From the NCBI RefSeq assembly GCF_018398935.1, contig NZ_CP074694.1, positions 210,001 through 242,000 on the forward strand: 32,000 nt of DNA, read 5' to 3'. Position numbers and translations under genes: made by a program. Below are positions 15,950 to 24,194 of this stretch, in pieces (position 1 is the stretch's first letter; each line of letters begins with the position of its first letter). The stretch is from Telmatocola sphagniphila. GTDB lineage: Bacteria > Planctomycetota > Planctomycetia > Gemmatales > Gemmataceae. A model generated the notes under the pieces. It saw only the letters and a list, made by a program, of their open reading frames with translations. It ran no database searches and had not been told where the DNA came from.

Positions 15950-16759
15950 ATGCCCGGAACTCTACAGGGTAGAAATGTCGCTCTCGCAGAATGCCGGCAG
16001 GCGGAAGTTCTGGCCCGGATGTTCGAAGCAGAAGGAGCGGTAGCGCATCGTTATCCTTTAGTCGCCATTCTGGATGCCCTCGATACTGAGGCGATTCGCT
16101 CCTGGATTCAAAAGCTTATCGATCGAAAATTAGATTGCACCATTTTCCTTACCGGGGAGGGCATTCGTCGATTGCATGCTTTCTCGAGGCGTGAAAATAC
16201 CGAGAAACCTTTCCTTTCGGCGCTCACCCAAGTGAAATTGGTGACGCGTGGACCCAAACCGGTAGCGGCTCTTAAAGAGTTGGGTTTGGCTCCTCACATC
16301 GTTGCCGAGAAACCCACCACAGAAGGCGTCGTGGCTTCTTTGAAGAAGGTTTCTCTTAACGGCTTAACTATAGGCGTGCAGTGGTACGGCGAACCGGTTC
16401 CTTTACTCGTGAATTATCTCCAGGAGATCGGTGCAACGCTCGTAGGGGTGACGCCCTATCGCTATGCGCCAGAAGCAGATAGCTCACGAGTCATCGAATT
16501 GATTCAGGGATTGGAAACTGGAAAATTTGATTTGCTGGTCTTCACGAGTTCTCCTCAGATTGCCCGGTTGAGAGAGGTCGCGGAGGCGAATCACCTGGCC
16601 GAGGCTCTTCACAAGGGTTTGAATCGAACGCCGATAGCGGCGGTAGGTCCCATAGCGGCCGAATCGATCAAATCCCTCGGTTATGAAGTAGCCATTGTGC
16701 CGGAACAGGGATTTGTGATGAAGAATCTGGTGCAACAAATCAAACGTCGGCTAGGCTAA
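15950..16759 (+). CDS. hemD: Uroporphyrinogen-III synthase (HemD/HEM4)-like protein
   Basis: Length is ~269 aa with the two-lobed pattern typical of HEM4. The first lobe is LQGRNVALAECRQAEVLARMFEAEGAVAHRYPLVAI..LDCTIFLTGEGIRRL. The second is GLTIGVQWYGEPVPLLVNYLQEIGATLVGVTPYRY..FDLLVFTSSPQIARL. The family is poorly conserved, so confidence is moderate. The gene starts 20 nt after the upstream kinase gene. Confidence 0.55.
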   Translation: MPGTLQGRNVALAECRQAEVLARMFEAEGAVAHRYPLVAILDALDTEAIRSWIQKLIDRKLDCTIFLTGEGIRRLHAFSRRENTEKPFLSALTQVKLVTRGPKPVAALKELGLAPHIVAEKPTTEGVVASLKKVSLNGLTIGVQWYGEPVPLLVNYLQEIGATLVGVTPYRYAPEADSSRVIELIQGLETGKFDLLVFTSSPQIARLREVAEANHLAEALHKGLNRTPIAAVGPIAAESIKSLGYEVAIVPEQGFVMKNLVQQIKRRLG

Positions 16760-16837
16760 ACTGCTCGCGTTCGATAATTTGATCTTGATAAAAGATTAGC
16801 TCCCCTCCTTCCGATTTTTAGTTTCAGGGATACACTC

Positions 16838-18145
16838 ATGCATCGGCTGTTTCTGATTCTTCTCGCTCTGCTGTTTCTCCCGTTATCCGCTCGAGCCGAC
16901 CTCGCTTCGTACCTCAAGAAACCCGAACCCAAATACAGTTGGAAGTTGAAGAGCAAGACCGAAGTCCTGATTGGTACGGTCTATGAAATTGACATGATCT
17001 CGCAGGAATGGCAGGGGATTGTCTGGGATCACACGATTGCCATCATCATACCGAAGAATGTCAAACCCACTTCCACCATGCTGCTTTTCAATACGGGTGG
17101 AACATTCAAAGTCACCGATGCAGCTCTGGCCCTGTCGTTGGCGGACAAATCCAAATCTCCGGTGGCCTTCCTCTACGGGATTCCCAAACAACCCCTTTTC
17201 GACGGCTTACGGGAAGACGCTTTGATATCGGAAACCTTCGTCCGCTATTTGAAATCCAAGGATGAGGATTGGCCTCTGTTGTTCCCGATGGTGAAGAGTC
17301 TGATCAAAGCCATGGACACCGTGCAGGCTTTCGCGAAAGAGGAATGGAAATTTGAAGTGAAGAGCTTTCTCGTCAGTGGGGCCAGCAAACGCGGGTGGAC
17401 CAGCTGGCTGACGGGCGCCAGCGGCGATCCGCGCGTCAAAGCGATTGCTCCTCTGGTGATCGACATGCTCAATTTCTCCAAACAGATTCCCTTACAAACG
17501 GCCTCCTTCGGCCAGCCGAGCGAACAGATCAAGGACTACACCGAGAAAGGTCTGCTGAACTACGCTCAAAATCCGCTCGGTCAGAAACTCTGGGCGATGG
17601 TGGATCCTTATTCCTATCGCGACAAAGTCACCATTCCCAAAATGCTCATCCATGGAACCAACGATCCTTACTGGCCGCAGGAAGCGACGAACATGTACTG
17701 GAATGATCTCCAGGGCGATAAGTATCTCCTGTACGTCCCTAACGCGGGTCACAACCTGCAGCAGAAAACGGATGACAATCCCCGAGATTTGAGCCGCGCG
17801 GTGAATAGTCTCGCGGCGTATACCCGTTGCATCGTTTACGACAAGCCGATGCCGAAGCTCAATTGGGAGCACAAAGACGGTTCAAAACCGGGGATGTATG
17901 AAGTGGTGGTGACCAGTAACGTAAAACCGAAAGCCGTTCGGCTCTGGCAGGTCGAAAACGCAACCCGAGATATGCGAAAAAGCACCTGGACGGAAAGTCC
18001 CATTAATTTTTCCGAGGGTAAGTCGATTGGGACCGTGGCTGCACCTCAGTCGGGCTGGAAGGCATTCCTGGCCGAGTTGGAATTTGAAGAGGAAGGCAAT
18101 AACTTCTTCCTCAGCACGCAGTTGCGAATGATTTCTGCCAAGTAG
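16838..18145 (+). CDS. PhoPQ-activated pathogenicity-related protein (PqaA-type, PF10142-like) with signal peptide
   Basis: Signal peptide is MHRLFLILLALLFLPLSARA. Motifs VSGASKRGWTSWLTGA, LIHGTNDPYWP and YVPNAGHNL match my recollection of the PhoPQ_related hydrolase-like family. Confidence 0.65.
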   Translation: MHRLFLILLALLFLPLSARADLASYLKKPEPKYSWKLKSKTEVLIGTVYEIDMISQEWQGIVWDHTIAIIIPKNVKPTSTMLLFNTGGTFKVTDAALALSLADKSKSPVAFLYGIPKQPLFDGLREDALISETFVRYLKSKDEDWPLLFPMVKSLIKAMDTVQAFAKEEWKFEVKSFLVSGASKRGWTSWLTGASGDPRVKAIAPLVIDMLNFSKQIPLQTASFGQPSEQIKDYTEKGLLNYAQNPLGQKLWAMVDPYSYRDKVTIPKMLIHGTNDPYWPQEATNMYWNDLQGDKYLLYVPNAGHNLQQKTDDNPRDLSRAVNSLAAYTRCIVYDKPMPKLNWEHKDGSKPGMYEVVVTSNVKPKAVRLWQVENATRDMRKSTWTESPINFSEGKSIGTVAAPQSGWKAFLAELEFEEEGNNFFLSTQLRMISAK

Positions 18146-18150
18146 CGAAG

Positions 18151-18170
18151 GTGGGCGAGAATACGCCCAC
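18151..18170. terminator. GC-rich hairpin between convergent genes (possible bidirectional terminator)
   Basis: gtgggcg-agaata-cgcccac is a 7-bp stem lying in the 24-nt gap between stop 18145(+) and stop 18170..18172(-). Its 3' arm touches the minus-strand stop codon. Confidence 0.35.
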
Positions 18171-18940
18171 TACTTCCCTTCCGGACCCTTCTTGCCTTCT
18201 TTTCCGACCGGTTCCTTGATATCCCGAATCCAGATGTTGCGGAATCGGACCGGGTCGCCGTGATACATCAGAACCAGCGGCAGCTTTTCGGGATGCTTAT
18301 CGTAAGCGGTCGCCCGATCGTAGTGCGTGAAGCCTTTGATTTCTGAATGATTCTGCACCACGACCCCATTGTGAATCACCGTCACGTAACCTGGGGTTTT
18401 GACTTTACCATCGTCGCTAAAGCGGGGAGTGGTGAAGATAATATCGTACGTCTGCCACTCGCCCGGCTTGCGGGAAGAATTGACCATGGGCGGCTTCTGG
18501 TTGTAAACGGAAGCGGCTTGACCTTCGGGATAGGTCGGGTTGTTATAAGAGTCGAGCACCTGGATCTCGTAGTGAGCATCCATCAGGCCGATGCCATTGT
18601 TACCGCGGCCTTGGCCATTTCCCTTGACCACTTTGGGAGAAGCGAATTCGACGTGTAGCTGACAGTCGCCGAAGCTCTTCTTGGTTTTCAAGACACCCTT
18701 TACCGTGAAGCCTCCATCCTCGTCGATCTTCCAATCCTTGGCCCCATTCCAGGCATCGAAATTTTTGCCGTCGAACAAGACTTCGGCATCGGAGGGCGGG
18801 GCGGATCCTTCTCCGGGGGTGACAACCGGCGGTTCCGGCCAGACGATACCATTCAGAAAGCGCTGGCCGCTGACTTGACTGACTAAAAGAACGATTGCAC
18901 AGAGGACCATCAGTCCGCGATACCCGACTATATGACGCAT
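18170..18940 (-). CDS. DUF1080 (3-keto-disaccharide hydrolase-like) domain protein, secreted
   Basis: Signal peptide is MRHIVGYRGLMVLCAIVLLVSQVSG. The family pattern is present: LFDGKNFDAWNG..WKIDEDGGFTVKG..FGDCQLHVEF..NNGIGLMDAHYEIQVLDSY..GQAASVYNQKPP..PGEWQTYDIIFTTPRF..VTVIHNGVVVQNH..GDPVRFRNIWIRDI. Confidence 0.8.
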   Translation of the reverse strand: MRHIVGYRGLMVLCAIVLLVSQVSGQRFLNGIVWPEPPVVTPGEGSAPPSDAEVLFDGKNFDAWNGAKDWKIDEDGGFTVKGVLKTKKSFGDCQLHVEFASPKVVKGNGQGRGNNGIGLMDAHYEIQVLDSYNNPTYPEGQAASVYNQKPPMVNSSRKPGEWQTYDIIFTTPRFSDDGKVKTPGYVTVIHNGVVVQNHSEIKGFTHYDRATAYDKHPEKLPLVLMYHGDPVRFRNIWIRDIKEPVGKEGKKGPEGK

Positions 18941-19063
18941 TATCGACTCCTTGAGAGATAGACGAACGGGTAATTTACCATCTCCAAAGCCGGACGCAAA
19001 AAAGATTTGTGGGGGGAGGGCTTCTCATTTTTCAGCAGCAACTTGTAAAATTCTAAAAAAATG

Positions 19064-19090
19064 TGTCCGGAATCCTTTTTCTCGTTCGTC
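19064..19090 (+). promoter_or_regulatory. Candidate ECF-type promoter (TGTCCGG-N16-CGTC) upstream of the DGPF/YciI-sigma operon
   Basis: tgtccgg lies at 19064..19070, a 16-nt spacer at 19071..19086, and cgtc at 19087..19090, about 59 nt upstream of ATG 19149. This resembles the TGTCACA-N16-CGTC motif reported for the related ECF41 group, as I recall it. The match rests on pattern only. Confidence 0.3.
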
Positions 19091-19148
19091 GACTTCTCGA
19101 AATGCGAAGGGTAGGCTTTCGCAAACCGTCTTTTCCGAGGATTGTATC

Positions 19149-19490
19149 ATGACCAAATATCTGTTCATTTATCGCAGCGAACCGATGACAACTCCCCCTT
19201 CCCCGGAGGAAATGCAGGCTTCTTTGAAGCACTGGAACGATTGGGCGGCTAAATTCAAAGCCACCGGTAACATCGTCGATGAAGGGGATGGTTTGAAGCC
19301 GTGTGGGAAAGTTGTCAAGGGCGGCGGAATCGTCACCGATGGTCCTTTCATGGAAGCCAAGGAAGTGTGCGGCGGCTTCTCCATCATTCTGGCCAAGGAT
19401 TACGCGGAAGCCGTGAAAATCGCTCAGGCATGCCCGATGGTTCAGTTCGGCGGGAATGTCGAAATTCGCGAGATGGCCGGCTACGTTTAA
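19149..19490 (+). CDS. YciI-like / DGPF-domain protein
   Basis: MTKYLFIYRS..PSPEEMQASLKHWNDWAAKF..GIVTDGPFMEAKEVCGGFSIILAKDYAEAVKIAQACP contains the DGPFxExKE motif and the YCII-related fold pattern. The track ORF start at 18951 adds 66 residues of low-quality, Arg/Ser/Lys-rich sequence overlapping the upstream promoter region. ATG 19149 is preferred. Confidence 0.8.
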   Translation: MTKYLFIYRSEPMTTPPSPEEMQASLKHWNDWAAKFKATGNIVDEGDGLKPCGKVVKGGGIVTDGPFMEAKEVCGGFSIILAKDYAEAVKIAQACPMVQFGGNVEIREMAGYV

Positions 19491-19508
19491 ACGTTTCTTG
19501 GCAGAACC

Positions 19509-20786
19509 ATGGCGAATACCCACCAACTGGTCGATCATTTCTTCCGGCATGAATACGGCCGGTTGGTGTCGCATTTGACCCGCGCCCTGGGTGTTCGGAA
19601 TCTGGATCTCGTTGAAGATGTCGTCCAAACCTCACTGATGCAGGCGTTGCAATCCTGGTCGCACAAAGGAATTCCGGAGGATCCCACCGGCTGGCTGTTC
19701 CGGGTGGCAAAAAACCGAGCCATCGATTCACTACGGCGAAGTAATCGCTGGGATTCGATCTCCCGATCCGTTGCTCAACGGAAATCGAACGACTTACCGG
19801 TTCTGGAGGATCTCAGCGACCAGCAGTTTCCGGACGATCAACTTCGAATGCTCTTTCTATGTTGTTGCGATGAACTCCCGGTTGAGTCTCAGGTGGCTCT
19901 GGCTCTCAAAACCTTGTGCGGTTTTGATACTGCAGAGATTGCTCGAGCGCTGCTCACCAGCGAAGCCAATATTCAAAAAAGACTGTTCCGAGCCCGCGAA
20001 CGACTGAAAGAATCCAAGTGGGAATTATCCGACCTGGATCGCGCGACGATTCAGAAAAGGATTGAGGCCGTGCGAACGGTCATTTATCTGCTGTTCAACG
20101 AAGGCTATCATTCGGCTTCTTCGGATCGGCTCATACGAAAGGATCTTTGCGAGGAAGCCATTCGGTTGGGCCTGCTGCTTTGCGATAATCCGGATACCAA
20201 TGAACCCGCATCGCAAGCCCTGATGTCCCTGATGTATTATCATGCAGCCCGCTTTGAGGCCCGGACCCAGGAGAATGGCGAAATTTTCCTCCTGGAGGAT
20301 CAGGATCGTAATCTCTGGGATCAAAGGTTGCTGCGGGAGGGCTTGCACTGGATGGTCCAGTCGGCTCGGGGAGAATCGCTATCGCGCTATCATCTGGAAG
20401 GGGCGATCGTTGCAGAACACTGCTTGTGCTCAAGTTTCCAGGCCATAAATTGGGGCCGGATTGTCGAACTTTACGATCTTCTGGTGGGAATACTGCCTGG
20501 CCCGATCCATCTTTTGAATCGTGCGGTTGCGGTGGCGCGCTGGAAGGGGCCGGACGCAGGGTTACAGGAGTTGGCACGGCTCGATAGCGATAAAAGTTTG
20601 AGAAACTATTACCTTTGGAATGCCGTGCTGGGAGAGCTGAACCGTCAGGCCGGGAATCTCTCGGAGGCCGGGCATTACCTCTCGCTGGCTTTCGAGCAGT
20701 GTCCTTCGATCGCGGAGCGAAAGTTGATCAGTTCGAGATTAGACGGTATCTTGGATAATTCGCGCGTCGGGATTTTCTTAAAATAG
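19509..20786 (+). CDS. ECF sigma-70 family factor with ~230-aa C-terminal extension (ECF42-like)
   Basis: Region 2 is FFRHEYGRLVSHLTRALGVRNLDLVEDVVQTSLMQALQSW..WLFRVAKNRAIDSLRR. Region 4 is VALALKTLCGFDTAEIARALLTSEANIQKRLFRARERLK. A long helical extension follows (EAVRTVIYLLFNEGY..RKDLCEEAIRLGLLL..YHLEGAIVAEH..YYLWNAVLGELNRQAGNLSEAGHYLSLA). The gene starts 18 nt after the DGPF gene. Confidence 0.8.
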   Translation: MANTHQLVDHFFRHEYGRLVSHLTRALGVRNLDLVEDVVQTSLMQALQSWSHKGIPEDPTGWLFRVAKNRAIDSLRRSNRWDSISRSVAQRKSNDLPVLEDLSDQQFPDDQLRMLFLCCCDELPVESQVALALKTLCGFDTAEIARALLTSEANIQKRLFRARERLKESKWELSDLDRATIQKRIEAVRTVIYLLFNEGYHSASSDRLIRKDLCEEAIRLGLLLCDNPDTNEPASQALMSLMYYHAARFEARTQENGEIFLLEDQDRNLWDQRLLREGLHWMVQSARGESLSRYHLEGAIVAEHCLCSSFQAINWGRIVELYDLLVGILPGPIHLLNRAVAVARWKGPDAGLQELARLDSDKSLRNYYLWNAVLGELNRQAGNLSEAGHYLSLAFEQCPSIAERKLISSRLDGILDNSRVGIFLK

Positions 20787-20879
20787 TTGGGAATTTGTGA
20801 TGGCTTGGCTTTAAATAATGAGGGAGCTTTGGCGAATATTCTTCCATTGATTCACCCCGGACTCCAAGGAGTTTGAACC

Positions 20880-21182
20880 GTGTTGCAGCTATTTTCCGAT
20901 GCCGTCACTTCAAATTCAGAGATTCATTGGGAAAAAATTCTAAATCCTGGTGGGATTGCCATTCTGGGGGGATTTCTGTTTGTTCTCATCGGAGTTCTGG
21001 CTCAGACCTGGCTGAGTGCACATCGAACCACGAAGGACACTCAATTGAAGCAGGATATGCTGGATCGTGGGATGAGCGCCGAGGATATCGTGAAAGTGAT
21101 CAATGCGGGCCGGGAAGTGGACAATAACAGTGCGGAGGGCATAGTGAAAATCATGAAAGCAAAGAAAATATACAATTCGTAA
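20880..21182 (+). CDS. Small single-pass membrane protein, unknown function (C-terminal SHOCT-like helix, tentative)
   Basis: GTG start with AAGGAG 8 nt upstream. There is one clear TM helix, GGIAILGGFLFVLIGVLAQTWL, followed by a charged tail, DTQLKQDMLDRGMSAEDIVKVINAG. Competing ORFs here (20873..21127+, 20940..21272-, 21041..21244-) have no comparable features. Confidence 0.5.
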   Translation: MLQLFSDAVTSNSEIHWEKILNPGGIAILGGFLFVLIGVLAQTWLSAHRTTKDTQLKQDMLDRGMSAEDIVKVINAGREVDNNSAEGIVKIMKAKKIYNS

Positions 21183-21303
21183 CCCGACGATAAATCCGTC
21201 AATATCACCCTTACCGACTTCCATCGAAGAATTTCGCCCCACATCTCCGACTTTAGCTTGCACGATACCCACCGCGGGATTTACCGTTAAAGAGAAGAAT
21301 TAG

Positions 21304-22413
21304 GTGCAGGGTATTGTTCCCATGAAAGATCATTACGATCCTTGGTACGTCCGCATGCCGGACGGCCGGGTCATTAAAGCCAAGAGTTCGCAATCGGTGC
21401 GCTACCATGTGGAAGCGGGGCACATCCCCCGAAATTCCATGCTACGCCGGCTGAAAAATGAAGAGTGGGTGTCTCTCGGCTGGCTTAACGAATTTGCCGA
21501 TCTTGTGGGTGGTGACAAAAAACCGGAACAAATTACCAGCGATACGAATGTCGAATTCGTCCGAGCGATTACCGGGCAAGGCGACCCGATGCGCCTGGAA
21601 ACCGTTGGTGTACGAGGCCTGACGGAGGAATTACTTACGGCCTTCGACAGTACCGGACACCGGGACAAACTGATCGTCGGCAGCCTGTTATGTGGTCTTT
21701 CCTCCGTGCTGCTGGTTCTAGTCCCGTTTATCTGGTTTCAGCTGGGGAACAAAGAGACTACCTGGCTGCCGTACGTCGGAAATGCCATTTCCGCTCTACT
21801 GATGACTCTGGGCATCACCTGGATCAGTCGACAAACTCACTGGGAACTGTCCCGAATGCGATCTATTTCGCTAGGGGAAGCTCAGCGACGCTCTTTTGGA
21901 CCCTGGATCCAACTGATTCTGGCTTATACCGTAGTCATCGGAATCCTCGGTGGACTGATTTATGTTCTCAATCATGTTCCGATCTGGCTCGCAGTCGATC
22001 CGAGCAGTTATAAAGGGGCTTCGATAGGGCTTGGTCTGTTAATTGCAAAAATCTTCGTCTTCCAGTTGCTGCTTCTCGTCCCCGTTCTGGGACCTATCGG
22101 ACCCATTGAAGAATATAACTTCATTGAGAGTATCGGCACCTGGCAGAAGCTATGTGCTCGCAACTATGGGCGCATCCTGGTTTATGAAGGAGTGGCATTG
22201 GTCATGGGCTTCCTGGCCGCTCTGCCCATACTGTTGCCTTACAATTTGGCCGGTGGGACCATCGGCACCTTCCCCCCGAATATAAATCCCGTCTCGGTAT
22301 TTGGAACGCATTTTCTGATGGGCCTCGCCATCGGACCGATGTTCGTTTTCCTGATCGTTTCGAATGTGATTTTGTATCTGAATCTGAGATATGAATTTTC
22401 AGCCAACCGATAG
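21304..22413 (+). CDS. Polytopic membrane protein with N-terminal GYF_2 (DUF4339)-like domain
   Basis: The N-terminus PWYVRMPDGRVIKAKSSQSVRYHVEAGHIPRNSMLRRLKNEEWVSLGWLNEFADL fits the WY..G....s...l...v..G.i.....l......W..l pattern of GYF_2. At least 7 hydrophobic helices follow. Start is GTG 21304 or ATG 21322. Confidence 0.6.
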   Translation: MQGIVPMKDHYDPWYVRMPDGRVIKAKSSQSVRYHVEAGHIPRNSMLRRLKNEEWVSLGWLNEFADLVGGDKKPEQITSDTNVEFVRAITGQGDPMRLETVGVRGLTEELLTAFDSTGHRDKLIVGSLLCGLSSVLLVLVPFIWFQLGNKETTWLPYVGNAISALLMTLGITWISRQTHWELSRMRSISLGEAQRRSFGPWIQLILAYTVVIGILGGLIYVLNHVPIWLAVDPSSYKGASIGLGLLIAKIFVFQLLLLVPVLGPIGPIEEYNFIESIGTWQKLCARNYGRILVYEGVALVMGFLAALPILLPYNLAGGTIGTFPPNINPVSVFGTHFLMGLAIGPMFVFLIVSNVILYLNLRYEFSANR

Positions 22414-22443
22414 GAATCTCGGCTAAAAGTTCCCTCGAATGCA

Positions 22444-22472
22444 GAGCGGTTTACACCTGATGTAAACCGCTC
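22444..22472. terminator. Perfect 12-bp hairpin between convergent genes (bidirectional terminator candidate)
   Basis: gagcggtttaca-cctga-tgtaaaccgctc lies in the 68-nt gap between stop 22413(+) and stop 22482..22484(-). Confidence 0.55.
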
Positions 22473-22481
22473 GAGATGTTT

Positions 22482-24194
22482 CTAGTGAGCTTTTGGAGGT
22501 TCGATCCCGGCCACCTGTGCGAGACTCATCACTCCTTCGCGATGGCAAAATTCCCCGAACGACTCTCCCACTTTTTTCTGCGCTTTAAAGTGATTTAAAA
22601 TCTTGGCGAGTGTCTGCACTAGCTGATCGCGATGGATCAGATCCTGGAACAGGAAGCTCAGTCGGGTGCCGAGCGTACTTCCGCCGAGATAGAGCGAATA
22701 CTTTTCCCCGGAACGACCCACAATTCCAATTTCACTCTGATAAGGCCGTGCACAGCCATTGGGGCAACCGGTCATTCGCGTGCTGATTCGTTCTTCAGCC
22801 AAACCCAGAGAACGAAGTTCTTTCTCCAGGGAATCGATGATTCCGGGGAGACTTCTCTCCGATTCGCTGATTGCCAGCCCACAAGTGGGAATTGCCGGGC
22901 AGGCCATGCTCCATTTTTGAACCATCGACAGATTTTCCGGCCGGGGAATTCCATATTCGTTTAAGAGCGAATCAATTGCGGCGCGATTGGCGGTTTCGAT
23001 GTCGCAAAGAAGAAGATCTTGCTGGCCAGTCAAGCGAACGGAGGGTTTAAAGCGTTTCACGATTTCCTGTAAACCGCCTCGCAGTCGAAGTGATTCTTCA
23101 TCTTTAATCCGGCCATTCTCGACAGACAGCCCCAGAAACCAATTGCCGTCGGGCTGGGAATGCCAGCCATGATGTAGATTCACATCGGTAATCGTGACCG
23201 GTTTGGGAGCTACCAGTGGTCGGCCAAAGTAGTCCTTCTCCAGAATCTGTCGAACTTTTTCGATGCCGAGATCGTGCACGAGGTACTTGATTCGTGCCCG
23301 TTTACGGTCCGCTCGATTGCCATGGTCGCGGTAAAACTTGATGATGGCCTCCGCCGCGGACACCACCTGATTTGGCTCAATAAAACAAAGAGTTTGGCCC
23401 AGATGCGCGAAGGTTTCTGCTTTACCCTGCGTGCGACCCATTCCACCACCGACGGTGACGTTGTAACCGACCGTTTTGCCGTTTTCGATGATGGCGATGA
23501 ATCCGAGATCCTGAGCAAAGACATCAATGCAGTTGTCATCCGGACGGGTCAACCCGATTTTGAATTTGCGCGGCAAGTAGACTTTCCCATAGATGGGCTC
23601 GACGCCTTCTTCCTGCTCGGCGTCCGGGCTGAGTTTCTTGCCATTGAGCCAGATGTCGTGGTAGGCGCTAGTTTTCGGGGCCAGATGAGCCGCGATGGCA
23701 TCGGCCAGTTGCAACATCTCCAGGCGGGGTTGGTCGCCGACCGGGGCAGGGCAGGCCATCACATTGCGATTCACGTCGCCGCAACCACCCAGCGTTGTGA
23801 TTAGAGTATCATTGATCCCTTTTATCGTCAGCTTCAGATTGTCCTTCAGAATGCCGTGATACTGGAAGCTCTGCCGGGTGGTGATCCGAAGTGTTTTGTT
23901 ACCGTATTGTCCGGCGAGTTCATCGAGCGCCAGATACTGTTCCCCAGTCATCCGGCCGCCGGGCAGTTTGAGCCGAATCATGAAGATGTAGGCTTTACCG
24001 ACACCTTCTTTGGTGCGATTTTTGCGGGCATCCCTATCTTCCTGCTGATAACTTCCATGGAATTTCAGAAGGTTCTTGGCGCTTTCACTGAGATGATCCG
24101 CGTCTGATTTCAACTCTTCTGAGATCGTTCCCCGCAGCCAGCGGCTGGTGGATTTCATTTCTTCGACCGGGGAGAGCTTCTGTTCCGTTGACAT
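22482..24194 (-). CDS. cysI: Assimilatory sulfite reductase hemoprotein (siroheme/4Fe-4S), CysI/Sir type
   Basis: The protein resembles E. coli CysI end to end as I recall it: MKSTSRWLRGTISEEL, FHGSYQQEDRD, LPGG..T..Q, RQSFQYHGILK, GDVNRNVM, YLPRKFK, VGGGMGR, NRADRKRARIKYLV. The cluster/siroheme cysteines are present in MACPAIPTCGLAISESER and MTGCPNGCARPY. The track start at TTG 24221 is 9 codons upstream of ATG 24194, which has AGGA 6 nt upstream. Confidence 0.9.
   Translation of the reverse strand: MSTEQKLSPVEEMKSTSRWLRGTISEELKSDADHLSESAKNLLKFHGSYQQEDRDARKNRTKEGVGKAYIFMIRLKLPGGRMTGEQYLALDELAGQYGNKTLRITTRQSFQYHGILKDNLKLTIKGINDTLITTLGGCGDVNRNVMACPAPVGDQPRLEMLQLADAIAAHLAPKTSAYHDIWLNGKKLSPDAEQEEGVEPIYGKVYLPRKFKIGLTRPDDNCIDVFAQDLGFIAIIENGKTVGYNVTVGGGMGRTQGKAETFAHLGQTLCFIEPNQVVSAAEAIIKFYRDHGNRADRKRARIKYLVHDLGIEKVRQILEKDYFGRPLVAPKPVTITDVNLHHGWHSQPDGNWFLGLSVENGRIKDEESLRLRGGLQEIVKRFKPSVRLTGQQDLLLCDIETANRAAIDSLLNEYGIPRPENLSMVQKWSMACPAIPTCGLAISESERSLPGIIDSLEKELRSLGLAEERISTRMTGCPNGCARPYQSEIGIVGRSGEKYSLYLGGSTLGTRLSFLFQDLIHRDQLVQTLAKILNHFKAQKKVGESFGEFCHREGVMSLAQVAGIEPPKAH

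Noticed and set aside
18951-19148. A 66-codon upstream extension of the YciI/DGPF ORF (TTG start).
   Set aside because: The extension is basic, low-complexity sequence that would cover the likely promoter region. The family normally starts at the MTKYLF-type N-terminus (ATG 19149).
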